IMG/VR virus record: IMGVR_UViG_3300036851_000360
Location: 8,181-72,180 of that record
Length of the DNA stretch: 64,000 nucleotides
Origin: a virus
Strand: one strand, 5' to 3'
A model generated the notes under the pieces. It was given only the letters and a program-made list of their open reading frames with translations, ran no database searches and was not told the origin of the DNA. This document shows positions 19,076-27,399 of the stretch, in pieces. Each line of letters starts with the position of its first letter. Positions within the stretch are counted from its first letter, which is position 1. A program made the position numbers and the translations under genes.

Positions 19076-19786
19076 ATGGCTATTCGGTTCGACGCAGCCG
19101 GAGATCGCGTCTACATCGCCACCACGCTGCCAAACCCCGCAACGACGGGGTTGACGATCCTCGGGTGGTGGCGGGTACGGGTCGACCGCGACGACTACTC
19201 GGCCTACTACCGGACCTCCGCGGCCGGGACGTCGATCCACACCGTTGAAACCACCTCCACCGGGCTTGGGGTGAACATCTTCACCCCGTCCGGGGAGATC
19301 ACCGACACCTACATCAACGCGGTCGACGAGTGGGTGGGGATCGCGGTCGTCGACAACGGGTCCGGCACGGTCACCCAGTACGTCCGCCCGGATGGGGGTG
19401 CGACCACGTCGAACAGCGGCGCGATCGCCTCCGGCACACCTGACCTGTTGTGTGTCGGCGGCCGGTCACAGTCCGACGCCACGGAGTGGTTCAACGGCGC
19501 TGCTACGCACGTCCGCGTGTTCGCCGACGCGCTCACCCAGGCCGAGATCGAGGACGAGTGGGCGTCGGCGAACCCGGTGCTGACAGCGTGGGCGGACTAC
19601 CCGTTTCAGTCCGACATCCAGGACGCCTCAGGGAACGGCCGGCACCTCACCGCCGTGTCCGGCACGCCAGCGTTCGAACCGGGGCCGCTACCGGCCGACT
19701 CGACCACGGCGACCAGGTCGCGGGTTCTGACGCATGCCCGTCCACGTCTCGTCCGCGGTCGGACCCGCGCTGGCCGCAGACCATAG
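19076..19786 (+). CDS. LamG/concanavalin-like virion protein
   Basis: 'FNG...VRVF..ALT.AEI', 'DASGNGRHLT' LamG-like motifs. Confidence 0.7.
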   Translation: MAIRFDAAGDRVYIATTLPNPATTGLTILGWWRVRVDRDDYSAYYRTSAAGTSIHTVETTSTGLGVNIFTPSGEITDTYINAVDEWVGIAVVDNGSGTVTQYVRPDGGATTSNSGAIASGTPDLLCVGGRSQSDATEWFNGAATHVRVFADALTQAEIEDEWASANPVLTAWADYPFQSDIQDASGNGRHLTAVSGTPAFEPGPLPADSTTATRSRVLTHARPRLVRGRTRAGRRP

Positions 19787-19811
19787 CAACCCCGATCGGA
19801 GGCCCGGCCGG

Positions 19812-20150
19812 GTGGACGCGGTCCTGACCACGCTCATCGGGGCAGCCCCACAACTCGGTGTCGGCGGCATCCTCCTCACCCTGCTGGCGTTGTTGATGCG
19901 CCGGGAGTCGCAGGACCGGGCTGACTACCGCACCCAGATCGCGGAGCTGTCGTCCCGGCACGCCGACGAGTTGAGGCGGATCAACGAGTCGCACGATGCG
20001 GAACTCGCCGAACTGCGTGTGGAGATCAAAGGTTTGCGGGTGCAGCTCGACGAGGTCAACCGGAAACTCGACGAGGAACGTGGCCTGAGGCGGGCAGCGG
20101 AGGACTCCATGCGACCCCGGCACCGGCGCACCCCAGGCGACACCCCATGA
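19812..20150 (+). CDS. Membrane protein with coiled coil (holin-like lysis accessory)
   Basis: One N-terminal transmembrane segment followed by a coiled coil; GGAGG RBS. Confidence 0.6.
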   Translation: MDAVLTTLIGAAPQLGVGGILLTLLALLMRRESQDRADYRTQIAELSSRHADELRRINESHDAELAELRVEIKGLRVQLDEVNRKLDEERGLRRAAEDSMRPRHRRTPGDTP

Positions 20151-20842
20151 ACCGGGCCCGGCACCGGCTGCAACTGTGGACCCGGAACCGGATGGTGATG
20201 CTCGCCGTCGCCGCCACGGCGGTGCTGTTCATCGTCGCCGCGTCAGTGTGGGCCCAGCTCGGGCAGCAGGCCGCGCAGCAGCAGACCGGGGTAGTGGAAC
20301 AGCAGCGCGACCAGGCGACCGAGCAACGAGACGACGCCGCCGCGCAGGCCGTGTCCCTCGCCGAGCAGATCAAGGCGGCGTGCGGGGACGGGTCCCTGTC
20401 AGGGGCAGTGTGTGAGCAGGCGGAGCAAGTCGCTGCAACACCCGTCCCTGGACCGGTTGGACCCCAAGGCGTCCCCGGGGCGTCTGGGCAACCCGGGACA
20501 GCCGGCGAGCCCGGCGCGGCTGGACCTGCTGGACCGACCGGGACGGCTGGCGACCCGGGGGCTACTGGCCCTGCCGGGCCCGCCGGCACGGATGGCCGGG
20601 ATGGTGTGGACGGCGCGGATGGTGTCGACGGGCAGGATGGCGAGCCTGGTCCAGCTGGCCCGGCAGGTCCACAAGGACCGACTGGCGAGCCTGGAGAGGA
20701 CGGCCAGGACGGCGACGACGGGCCCCAAGGCCCACCCGGTGAGCCGCCAGCCTCCTACACGATGACCATCCTTGGGATCACGTACACGTGCACCCGCACC
20801 GGCGGGGACAACACCTCGCCCACATACACCTGCTCGACCTGA
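20147..20842 (+). CDS. Membrane-anchored collagen-like protein
   Basis: Transmembrane segment, long Gly-X-Y run, C-terminal YTC...YTC. Confidence 0.8.
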   Translation: MNRARHRLQLWTRNRMVMLAVAATAVLFIVAASVWAQLGQQAAQQQTGVVEQQRDQATEQRDDAAAQAVSLAEQIKAACGDGSLSGAVCEQAEQVAATPVPGPVGPQGVPGASGQPGTAGEPGAAGPAGPTGTAGDPGATGPAGPAGTDGRDGVDGADGVDGQDGEPGPAGPAGPQGPTGEPGEDGQDGDDGPQGPPGEPPASYTMTILGITYTCTRTGGDNTSPTYTCST

Positions 20843-20887
20843 GCAGCTCTGATCCTTGCAGTTCAACGTCACCTTCTGGGAGACACC

Positions 20888-21586
20888 TTGAAGAAGATCG
20901 TCGTACCCGCTGCTGCCCTCGCGCTGTCTCTTATGACAGTTGGCGCGGGCCTGGCGCAGGCGGCGGAGCCGGCCAACTGCGCCGACGCCATAACCGCTCT
21001 CCAGCGCGCCGACTCGGACCACCGCGCTGCTGTCGCCGCGGACGACAAGGCCGCCGCGGCGGAGAAGGCCGTCGACGACCTCGAGCGGGCAGAGGATCGG
21101 CTCGCGGACGCCGAGCGGGATCTGGCGGCTGCGCGGGACACGCTCACGCGGGCCAAGGACCGTCTCGCCGATCTGAAGAAGCCCGGCGATGGCCCTGACG
21201 ACAACACCACTCAGGAGCCGGGTGAGACCATCGGGAGCGAGCAGCAGATCGCCGACGCGCAGTCCGCTGTCGACGCCGCGGAGGACAAGGTCGATGACCT
21301 CACCGTCGTGCGCAACGACCGCCTGGAGGAGCGCAACGACGCTGTCGATCTGGAGAACGACGGCGACGCCGACGACCTGCAGGACGAGGCCGACAAGACC
21401 GACGCCGCCGCGCTGAAGAAGGCGGTCGACGAGGCGCGGGACGACTTCAACCGGATCTGCATCGACGAGGACGACCCCACCGACGACGTCACTACGACGC
21501 CCGCCACCCCGACGCCGGCGCCTGACGTGGACGTCACCGTCGTGACCCCCCGCGGGGGCGTGGCCACCGGCGGCGGTCCTGCGTGA
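20888..21586 (+). CDS. Secreted coiled-coil protein, probable class F sortase substrate
   Basis: Signal peptide ending AQA; T/P linker; C-terminal PRGGVATGGG. Confidence 0.7.
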   Translation: MKKIVVPAAALALSLMTVGAGLAQAAEPANCADAITALQRADSDHRAAVAADDKAAAAEKAVDDLERAEDRLADAERDLAAARDTLTRAKDRLADLKKPGDGPDDNTTQEPGETIGSEQQIADAQSAVDAAEDKVDDLTVVRNDRLEERNDAVDLENDGDADDLQDEADKTDAAALKKAVDEARDDFNRICIDEDDPTDDVTTTPATPTPAPDVDVTVVTPRGGVATGGGPA

Positions 21587-22230
21587 CCCAACGCCTCCTG
21601 TTCAGCGCGGCCCTCGGCGCCATTCTGGCCGGGGCCGCGCTGGTCGCCTGCACGACCACGGCCCAGGTGGTGGAGGATCTGCCGTCGGGTGGTGCGGCTG
21701 CAAGCTCGGTGCAGGCACCTGAGTTCGTTGAGGTTGCGGAGCCGACGGCGATCCGGATCCCGAAGATCGGGGCCAGTTCGGAGCTCGACGAGCTCGGGTT
21801 GAACGCCGACGGGTCCCTGCAGGTGCCGCCCGTTACGGATCCGTTGACCGCTGGCTACTACGCCGGCGCAAAGCCGGATGAGTCCGGGGACGAGGTCTTG
21901 CCTGGCGAGCTGGGCGCGGCGGTGGTCGCGGCTCATGTCGACGGCGTGATCAACGGGAAGAAGGGCCAGCCCGGGTTGTTCTTCCGGCTGCACCAGCTTG
22001 AGCCCGGCGACGAGATCTTCATCGATCAGGCCGATGGCGGTCAGCTGCGGTTCCTCGTCGACCGCGTCGAAACCCACAGCAAGGACCGCTTCCCCTCCGA
22101 CGCAGTCTATGGACCGACTGAGCGGCCAGAGCTGCGGCTCGTGACCTGCGGCGGATCGTTCTCGAGGACGTCAGGACATTACCTCTCCAACGTCATCGCG
22201 TTCGCGACCCTGGCGCCCGAGCAGCAGTGA
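21583..22230 (+). CDS. Class F sortase
   Basis: 'PTAIRIPKIG', 'PGELG.AV.AAHVD', 'FFRL..L.PGD', 'LRLVTCGG', 'YLSNVI'; LVAC lipobox. Confidence 0.9.
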   Translation: MTQRLLFSAALGAILAGAALVACTTTAQVVEDLPSGGAAASSVQAPEFVEVAEPTAIRIPKIGASSELDELGLNADGSLQVPPVTDPLTAGYYAGAKPDESGDEVLPGELGAAVVAAHVDGVINGKKGQPGLFFRLHQLEPGDEIFIDQADGGQLRFLVDRVETHSKDRFPSDAVYGPTERPELRLVTCGGSFSRTSGHYLSNVIAFATLAPEQQ

Positions 22231-22928
22231 TCGGTCGGTGCGCGTCCTGTCTGCACCGCCGTTCCGAGCACGACTACCCCCGCCCCAACGCTGGCTGCAG
22301 CCGATGCCTCTGTCCGATGTGGTTTGCGCCGATCTGGCTGCTCGGGTGGCGGGCGCTCAACCAGTGGCTCGCCGAGAAGGTGTGGAGGATCCCACGTGAC
22401 CAGCCCGCACATTCCCGGCCGAGCCCAGCTAGCGCGGTGCCAGACGGAGGCGGCGTTCTGGCGGAACTACGCCGCCCTCGCCCGGTTCGCCCGGCCGGAT
22501 CATCTGCCACCGCTGCGGAACCAGAACCGCCGTCGTCTGTGGCCTCGCCCGCCGTGGCATCGGGCGTCCACACCGGCGGCGATTCCGCAGCAGCGGGCAG
22601 TCCCGCAAGGTTTGCCGCCGCGGTCCCGGATCGGGTTGCCGAGACGGTGAAGCAGTTCTGGGCCTGGCTGTTCCTGCCGCGCCGGGTCCTGTCGGCGATG
22701 GAGCGCGACATCGCCCGCGTGCAGTGGGCGCAGACCGAGACTCTGACCAGGTTGAAGGAGTTGAAGACGATGACCGTTGTGGTTGCCAAGCCGGGTGATC
22801 GCGGAGCGGCTCTGGCGGAACTGTGGCAGGTGCGGGATCTCCTCGCCGAGAGTGACCCGGACCTCGCAGCCCGCCTCCACGCTGTCTATAACGCGCTCGT
22901 GGTCGCCCACCCGGGCGACGCGGGCTGA
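22227..22928 (+). CDS. Hypothetical protein
   Basis: GTGA overlap; Cys-rich N-terminus. Confidence 0.45.
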   Translation: MIGRCASCLHRRSEHDYPRPNAGCSRCLCPMWFAPIWLLGWRALNQWLAEKVWRIPRDQPAHSRPSPASAVPDGGGVLAELRRPRPVRPAGSSATAAEPEPPSSVASPAVASGVHTGGDSAAAGSPARFAAAVPDRVAETVKQFWAWLFLPRRVLSAMERDIARVQWAQTETLTRLKELKTMTVVVAKPGDRGAALAELWQVRDLLAESDPDLAARLHAVYNALVVAHPGDAG

Positions 22929-22930
22929 CC

Positions 22931-22972
22931 GGTGCCCCGCCCTTCTGTGCTCCCCATGGAGGGCGGGGCACC
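22931..22972. terminator. Stem-loop terminator between convergent genes
   Basis: GGTGCCCCGCCCT...AGGGCGGGGCACC inverted repeat. Confidence 0.7.
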
Positions 22973-22980
22973 ACCCCCCG

Positions 22981-23286
22981 CTACTGCGCAACGGGGATCC
23001 GCGGGCGCCACTCGCCCAGCATCCGCCGCCCGATCATCCGCTTGACGGAAACCCACTGGCGGCCGTCGACGGGGCAGGTCCACAGCGTGCCGGATCGCAG
23101 GTCTGCTGGGTCTCCTTCAGGCTGGCATGTATGTGCCTCAGTGGACGGAGCCGCATCCTCGACCTGCGCCGTCAACCACTCGTGGGCGTCCTCAAGCGAC
23201 TCGAAGTCGTGTCGCTCGACGTAGGTGTCCTTGTTGGTGTCGCGGTAGATCTCGATCGTCACTCGGTACTCGCGAGTCTGCTCCAC
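22981..23286 (-). CDS. Hypothetical protein (reverse-oriented, moron-like)
   Basis: 101-aa ORF with RBS AGGA; converges on the terminator. Confidence 0.5.
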   Translation of the reverse strand: MEQTREYRVTIEIYRDTNKDTYVERHDFESLEDAHEWLTAQVEDAAPSTEAHTCQPEGDPADLRSGTLWTCPVDGRQWVSVKRMIGRRMLGEWRPRIPVAQ

Positions 23287-23319
23287 ACGCAGTTCCTACC
23301 AGCTGGTCAAGGAGGATGG

Positions 23320-23559
23320 ATGGGCGACTGGTATCTCGGCAACGACAACCGCTGGCACTACGACAAGAACGCACCCAGCCCGGGCCAGCAGCCAGCGGTG
23401 ACGATGATGCACCCCGTCGTCCATCCCACACCGCCCGCCGAGCCTGTCTTCGCCGGCGACGTCGGGGACTGGGTCGACCCCAACGCCCCCGACCCCACCC
23501 CCGACGAGATCGCCGACCCGGAACACTCCGACTACGTCGACCCCTGGTTCGGGCCGTGA
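23320..23559 (+). CDS. Hypothetical acidic Pro-rich protein
   Basis: AAGGAGG RBS; stop overlaps the endolysin start. Confidence 0.55.
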   Translation: MGDWYLGNDNRWHYDKNAPSPGQQPAVTMMHPVVHPTPPAEPVFAGDVGDWVDPNAPDPTPDEIADPEHSDYVDPWFGP

Positions 23560-24287
23560 CCCTGCTGCGGACGTACGAGCCCGCGAGGACCTGCACCGGC
23601 GGGCCCGAGCCGGGGGCGAAGGCGTTGATGGCGTGGTTTCTCGGCGCGTTCGGGTCGCAGGGCGGGAAGAACCTCGGCATCTACAACTGCCGGTCCGTCC
23701 GCGGTGGGTCCACCACGAGCTTGCACGGCGAGGGCCGGGCTTGCGACCTCGGTATCAACCCGCACGGCGCCCCCTACGGAACCCTCCTCGCCGAACGACT
23801 GCGGCTCAGCTCGGGCGAGCTCGGCATCCAGTGCCTCATCTGGAACCGGCGCATCTGGTCCGGCTCCTACCCCGATGCGGGCTGGAGGCACTACTCCGGC
23901 ACCAACGCCCACGTTGAGCATATTCACTTGGAGCTCTCAAGGGTGGCCGCGCGGAGCCTCACGCCAGCGCAGATTCAGCGAGTCCTGTCACCCGCCTCGC
24001 CCACCGCACGAGCGCCGTTGCCTCAGCCTGCGCCCCGCCCGCCAGTTCGGAAGGACGAACAGGTGTACATCAAGCACCAGCCCGACCCGACCAAGCCGGA
24101 CATCTGGACCGCCCTGCTCGTGGGCCCGTTCTTCATCGGGCTGAACGCGAACGAGGCCCGTTCCGCAGACGGTGAGATCCAGCGGGGCGCGACCTGCCAG
24201 TGGGTGGAACGCGCGACGTGGGACGACCTGGACCGCCGCAGCATGGCCATCGCCCGCATTACCCCGAACACCCCCGGAGCGCAGTGA
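23556..24287 (+). CDS. Endolysin (M15-like zinc peptidase fold)
   Basis: 'YNCR.VRGG..TSLH.EGRA.D' and 'HVEHIH' motifs; directly before holin. Confidence 0.75.
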   Translation: MTLLRTYEPARTCTGGPEPGAKALMAWFLGAFGSQGGKNLGIYNCRSVRGGSTTSLHGEGRACDLGINPHGAPYGTLLAERLRLSSGELGIQCLIWNRRIWSGSYPDAGWRHYSGTNAHVEHIHLELSRVAARSLTPAQIQRVLSPASPTARAPLPQPAPRPPVRKDEQVYIKHQPDPTKPDIWTALLVGPFFIGLNANEARSADGEIQRGATCQWVERATWDDLDRRSMAIARITPNTPGAQ

Positions 24288-24340
24288 TCATGGGGGAGCA
24301 CAGCCTGGTCAACGACCGGGACGACACAACCGGAGGAACC

Positions 24341-24679
24341 GTGAATGTGCTTGGACGCGAGCCCGCGCAGTGGATCGGACTCCTGTCCGCCGCTGTCGCC
24401 CTGTTCTCTTCGCTCATCTTCCCGCTCGACGTCGGGCAGCAGGGCGCCGTGATCGCCGTCGCCACTGCCGGGTTCGGAATTGCGGGCGCGTTGGCGGTGT
24501 CGGCGGAGAAGGCTGCGCCGTTGGTCGCTGGCCTGGTGCAGTCGGTGATCGCCTTGGCGCTTGCCTTCGGGTTGCAGCTTCCCCCGGAGGTCCAGGGATC
24601 GATCATGGCGTTCGTTGCCGCAGGAGTGGCGTTCTACCTTCGCACTCAGGTCACCGCACCAGTACCCGCAGACGCCTAA
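24341..24679 (+). CDS. Holin
   Basis: 'LGREPA' start, about four hydrophobic segments, ends 'RTQVT.P'; GGAGG RBS. Confidence 0.75.
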   Translation: MNVLGREPAQWIGLLSAAVALFSSLIFPLDVGQQGAVIAVATAGFGIAGALAVSAEKAAPLVAGLVQSVIALALAFGLQLPPEVQGSIMAFVAAGVAFYLRTQVTAPVPADA

Positions 24680-24725
24680 CCCCCCGAGCTCGCCCGGCGG
24701 GATCCCCGTCACGCCGGGCAGACGG

Positions 24726-24766
24726 AGAGCGGCCCCTTGCCTACGTGGGCAGGGGGCCGCTCTTTC
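24726..24766 (+). terminator. Rho-independent terminator at end of late operon
   Basis: AGAGCGGCCCC...GGGGCCGCTCT followed by a short T tract. Confidence 0.8.
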
Positions 24767-24779
24767 GTGCGTTCAGAGG

Positions 24780-25190
24780 TCAGCGGTGGCGCCGTTCCAG
24801 GACTTCGCGTGCACGAGCGTGGTCCGCTGTGGTCAGCGGTGTTGGCGCGGCGACCGCTGCGTGGATGCGCTCGTACCAGCCGTCCAGGATCAGACCGACC
24901 GGCACCTCTTCCCAGTCGATCGGGCCGACCAAGCGGGTCAGGCCCGCGATGCGGGACACCACGTTCTCGCAGTTGATCGACCAGTTGCCGTTCAAGGCGT
25001 GCTGCCGAGCGTCTCGCAAGTCGGACCAGGCCAACTTGAGCAGCCAACGGAGCGCCGAGTCGGGCGTGGCGTACTCCTCGTCCACCTGGCTAGCCGCCTC
25101 GTCGATGTACTCCAGCGGGTCGCGTTCCCGCCACCGTTCCCTGAGGTCGGCTGCGGTCAGCTCCACGTACTCGGTCACGGTGCTCCTCAC
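24780..25190 (-). CDS. Hypothetical protein
   Basis: Overlap-coupled leftward operon. Confidence 0.6.
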   Translation of the reverse strand: MRSTVTEYVELTAADLRERWRERDPLEYIDEAASQVDEEYATPDSALRWLLKLAWSDLRDARQHALNGNWSINCENVVSRIAGLTRLVGPIDWEEVPVGLILDGWYERIHAAVAAPTPLTTADHARAREVLERRHR

Positions 25191-25459
25191 CAGTCGAAGT
25201 ACTCGTCGTAGTCGCCTTCACCGGCTGTCGGCGATTTCCCCTCGAACGACCGGACGTGACCGGGCCAGTAGTAGGGCGCTGCCGCGGTGCGCTCACCGTT
25301 CGGGCTGAGGATGTCCCGCAGCTCGACGCACCACTCGACCGGGATCACCTCGTCGTGCAGATCCTGCCCGAGGTGCTCGGACAGCAGCCATTGGATGTCG
25401 TCGGGCTGCAGCATGCCAAGATCGGCGGCGAGATCAGGAGCGGTCATACCCTCAGCCAT
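25187..25459 (-). CDS. Hypothetical protein
   Basis: Overlap-coupled; GGAG RBS. Confidence 0.55.
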   Translation of the reverse strand: MAEGMTAPDLAADLGMLQPDDIQWLLSEHLGQDLHDEVIPVEWCVELRDILSPNGERTAAAPYYWPGHVRSFEGKSPTAGEGDYDEYFDW

Positions 25460-25718
25460 GGGGCTTCTCCCTCCGGAAACGTCGGGCGCCGTCCTCGCGC
25501 ACCGTGCCATCCCAGTAGTAGGTGACAGCGTCGTAGAGCACCGCCTTGGATGCCTCGGTCAGTCCGAGGCCGGGTTGGGAGTCGTAGTCCTTCACCGCGA
25601 CCCGGCGGCCCTCGGGGATCTCGAGGCGGCCGTAGCGTAGTTGGTCCGCGCTCACTTTGAACTCGCGACCGTCGTACGGCCCCCCGATGACCACGGCAAG
25701 GACCACTTCGTCAGCCAC
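25452..25718 (-). CDS. Hypothetical protein
   Basis: 'GGPYDG' motif common in small phage proteins; GGAGG RBS. Confidence 0.6.
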   Translation of the reverse strand: MADEVVLAVVIGGPYDGREFKVSADQLRYGRLEIPEGRRVAVKDYDSQPGLGLTEASKAVLYDAVTYYWDGTVREDGARRFRREKPHG

Positions 25719-26139
25719 GGTTCACCTCCGTGTCCGGCGCCCACTCGGCCCTGTACGAGCCGTGACCAGCGTAGGGGAGAGCGAGCAGGCGCAGGGTCGG
25801 GCATGGCCACTCTAGGTAGCTGTCCCACGGCACCGGCGCGTGATCACAGAGTGTGCAAGTCCACCGGTACGGCGGACCACCCTCGACCCCACGCGGCTTG
25901 TGTAAGTCGATGATCCGCCGTTTCGCCTGTACCTCCGCGAGAACCCGCGCCGGATCCCACAGGGCGATGTGCCGAGCGTCCCGCTTCCGGTCGGCGACGT
26001 GGACGAGCTCGTCGTCAGGCCACCGGCAAACGTCTTCCTCCTCGGAGAGCCACCTCTGCCCCTCGTAGTGCGCGTCCTGCGCCACCTGCTCGTCCTCGTC
26101 GACCCGTTCCTTGAGGAAGGCCTCGAGCTCGTCACTCAC
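25711..26139 (-). CDS. DUF6221-like protein
   Basis: 'FL..R.DEDE..A...HIA.WDPARVLAEV.AKRRI...PCPTLRLLALPY..H..YR.EW.P'. Confidence 0.8.
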   Translation of the reverse strand: MSDELEAFLKERVDEDEQVAQDAHYEGQRWLSEEEDVCRWPDDELVHVADRKRDARHIALWDPARVLAEVQAKRRIIDLHKPRGVEGGPPYRWTCTLCDHAPVPWDSYLEWPCPTLRLLALPYAGHGSYRAEWAPDTEVNRG

Positions 26140-26358
26140 CAACGATCTCCGTCCGCTCGTAGCCTGCGATAATGCCGCACTTCCGCCCCTACCAGGTCAT
26201 CCCCGGTCACCCCATCACCATCACGATCACCGCCGTGGACGGTGGGCGGGCCGAGGTGGTCGGGACGGTAGCCAAGGTGACCGACGTCGCGAGCCCGTCC
26301 ACTGTGCTGCGGATGGAAGTCGTCGACGCCCACGTTCGGCCGCTACCAGCGAAGTAGG

Positions 26359-26568
26359 TCACCTCTTCGATCCTCCCAGCTTCTCCGCGGCCAGCGCCGC
26401 CGAGTACAGGGTGCACGGCGACTTCACCTTCCCCGACGAGTCCCCGCCGCTCGGGCACTTCGGGCAGCGCCCATCCGCCCCCGGCTTGTGCTCGGTGAGG
26501 ATCTTCCTCGTCGTGTCGTGCCTCAGAATGAACCGCACCAGGTCCCCCGACAGGTCCTGGGCGCTCAC
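26359..26568 (-). CDS. Small hypothetical protein (possible Zn-binding)
   Basis: 'EH.PG.DGRC..C...PC' motif. Confidence 0.55.
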   Translation of the reverse strand: MSAQDLSGDLVRFILRHDTTRKILTEHKPGADGRCPKCPSGGDSSGKVKSPCTLYSAALAAEKLGGSKR

Positions 26569-26656
26569 CCCACCCTCAACATGTAGTGCTGCATTCGTGT
26601 GCTCCCCACACTGGTTGTGTTGGTTCCTGTCATGGTCTGGCCGCATACTGCAAGCC

Positions 26657-27070
26657 ATGGCGGAGACAGCGCAGATACCTGCCTGGGTGGCGGTCACCCC
26701 CCGGGCGGTTGTCGACTGCCACTGGATCGCCCACCAGGTAGCCGCCGAGGTCGGCAGGGCGTCCGTCCACGGTGAGGTGTGCTCGATCCTCGACTGGGTC
26801 ACCACAGACCTCCCCGACGAGGCCGCTGTTCATGCGCGGGTGGTAGGCGACGACACCAGCACTCTCGCGTGGCTCCTCGGGTTCACCCCCGTCCCGCCGA
26901 TCGAGCTGCCCCGACGCAACCCCGACGGCACCGTCGTGACAGTCGAGCAGGTCACGGCTGAGCTGCTGGTCGGGAAGACGGGGATGCCGGAGCAGCGCAT
27001 CGCCGCCGAGAACCAGGCCCACCGCCAGGTCGCCCGGTGGCGGCGTCTCGCGTCCCTGGTGCCGCACTAG
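26657..27070 (+). CDS. Hypothetical protein
   Basis: Divergent from the 26568 gene; 'LAWLLG...PPIELPRRNPDG'. Confidence 0.55.
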   Translation: MAETAQIPAWVAVTPRAVVDCHWIAHQVAAEVGRASVHGEVCSILDWVTTDLPDEAAVHARVVGDDTSTLAWLLGFTPVPPIELPRRNPDGTVVTVEQVTAELLVGKTGMPEQRIAAENQAHRQVARWRRLASLVPH

Positions 27071-27399
27071 CGCCTCACTCGTGCGGCACCAGCGTCTTCG
27101 GCGGGTGCAGGTGTCCACTCCGCCGGCCGCTGCTCCGGGATCCGCGGCAACCCCGGGAAGTCGCCTTCCCGCGATCTGGCCCACTCGTCCCGGTCCCCGT
27201 ACGGCGGGTACCGCACCTTCTGCAGCTCCGTGTACTCGCCGGGCAGTTCGTGGGTGCGGTGGTACTGGCCGCCGGCGTAGTCGTCGTAGGACTGCATCCG
27301 GTCCGAGCGGAGCTCGAGTGCCAACCGGGCGGCGACGACGAGTTCATGGTCGTGGGGGAGCTGCGACAGCTTCAGCCCCAGGTCTGCGGCGTCACTCAT
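27067..27399 (-). CDS. Hypothetical protein downstream of relaxase
   Basis: ATGA overlap with the relaxase stop. Confidence 0.6.
   Translation of the reverse strand: MSDAADLGLKLSQLPHDHELVVAARLALELRSDRMQSYDDYAGGQYHRTHELPGEYTELQKVRYPPYGDRDEWARSREGDFPGLPRIPEQRPAEWTPAPAEDAGAARVRR

Noticed and set aside
26136-26362. Gene in the gap between the DUF6221-like gene and 26359
   Set aside because: Competing short ORFs on both strands (26172-26357 plus; 26136-26333 and 26207-26362 minus) cannot be resolved from sequence alone
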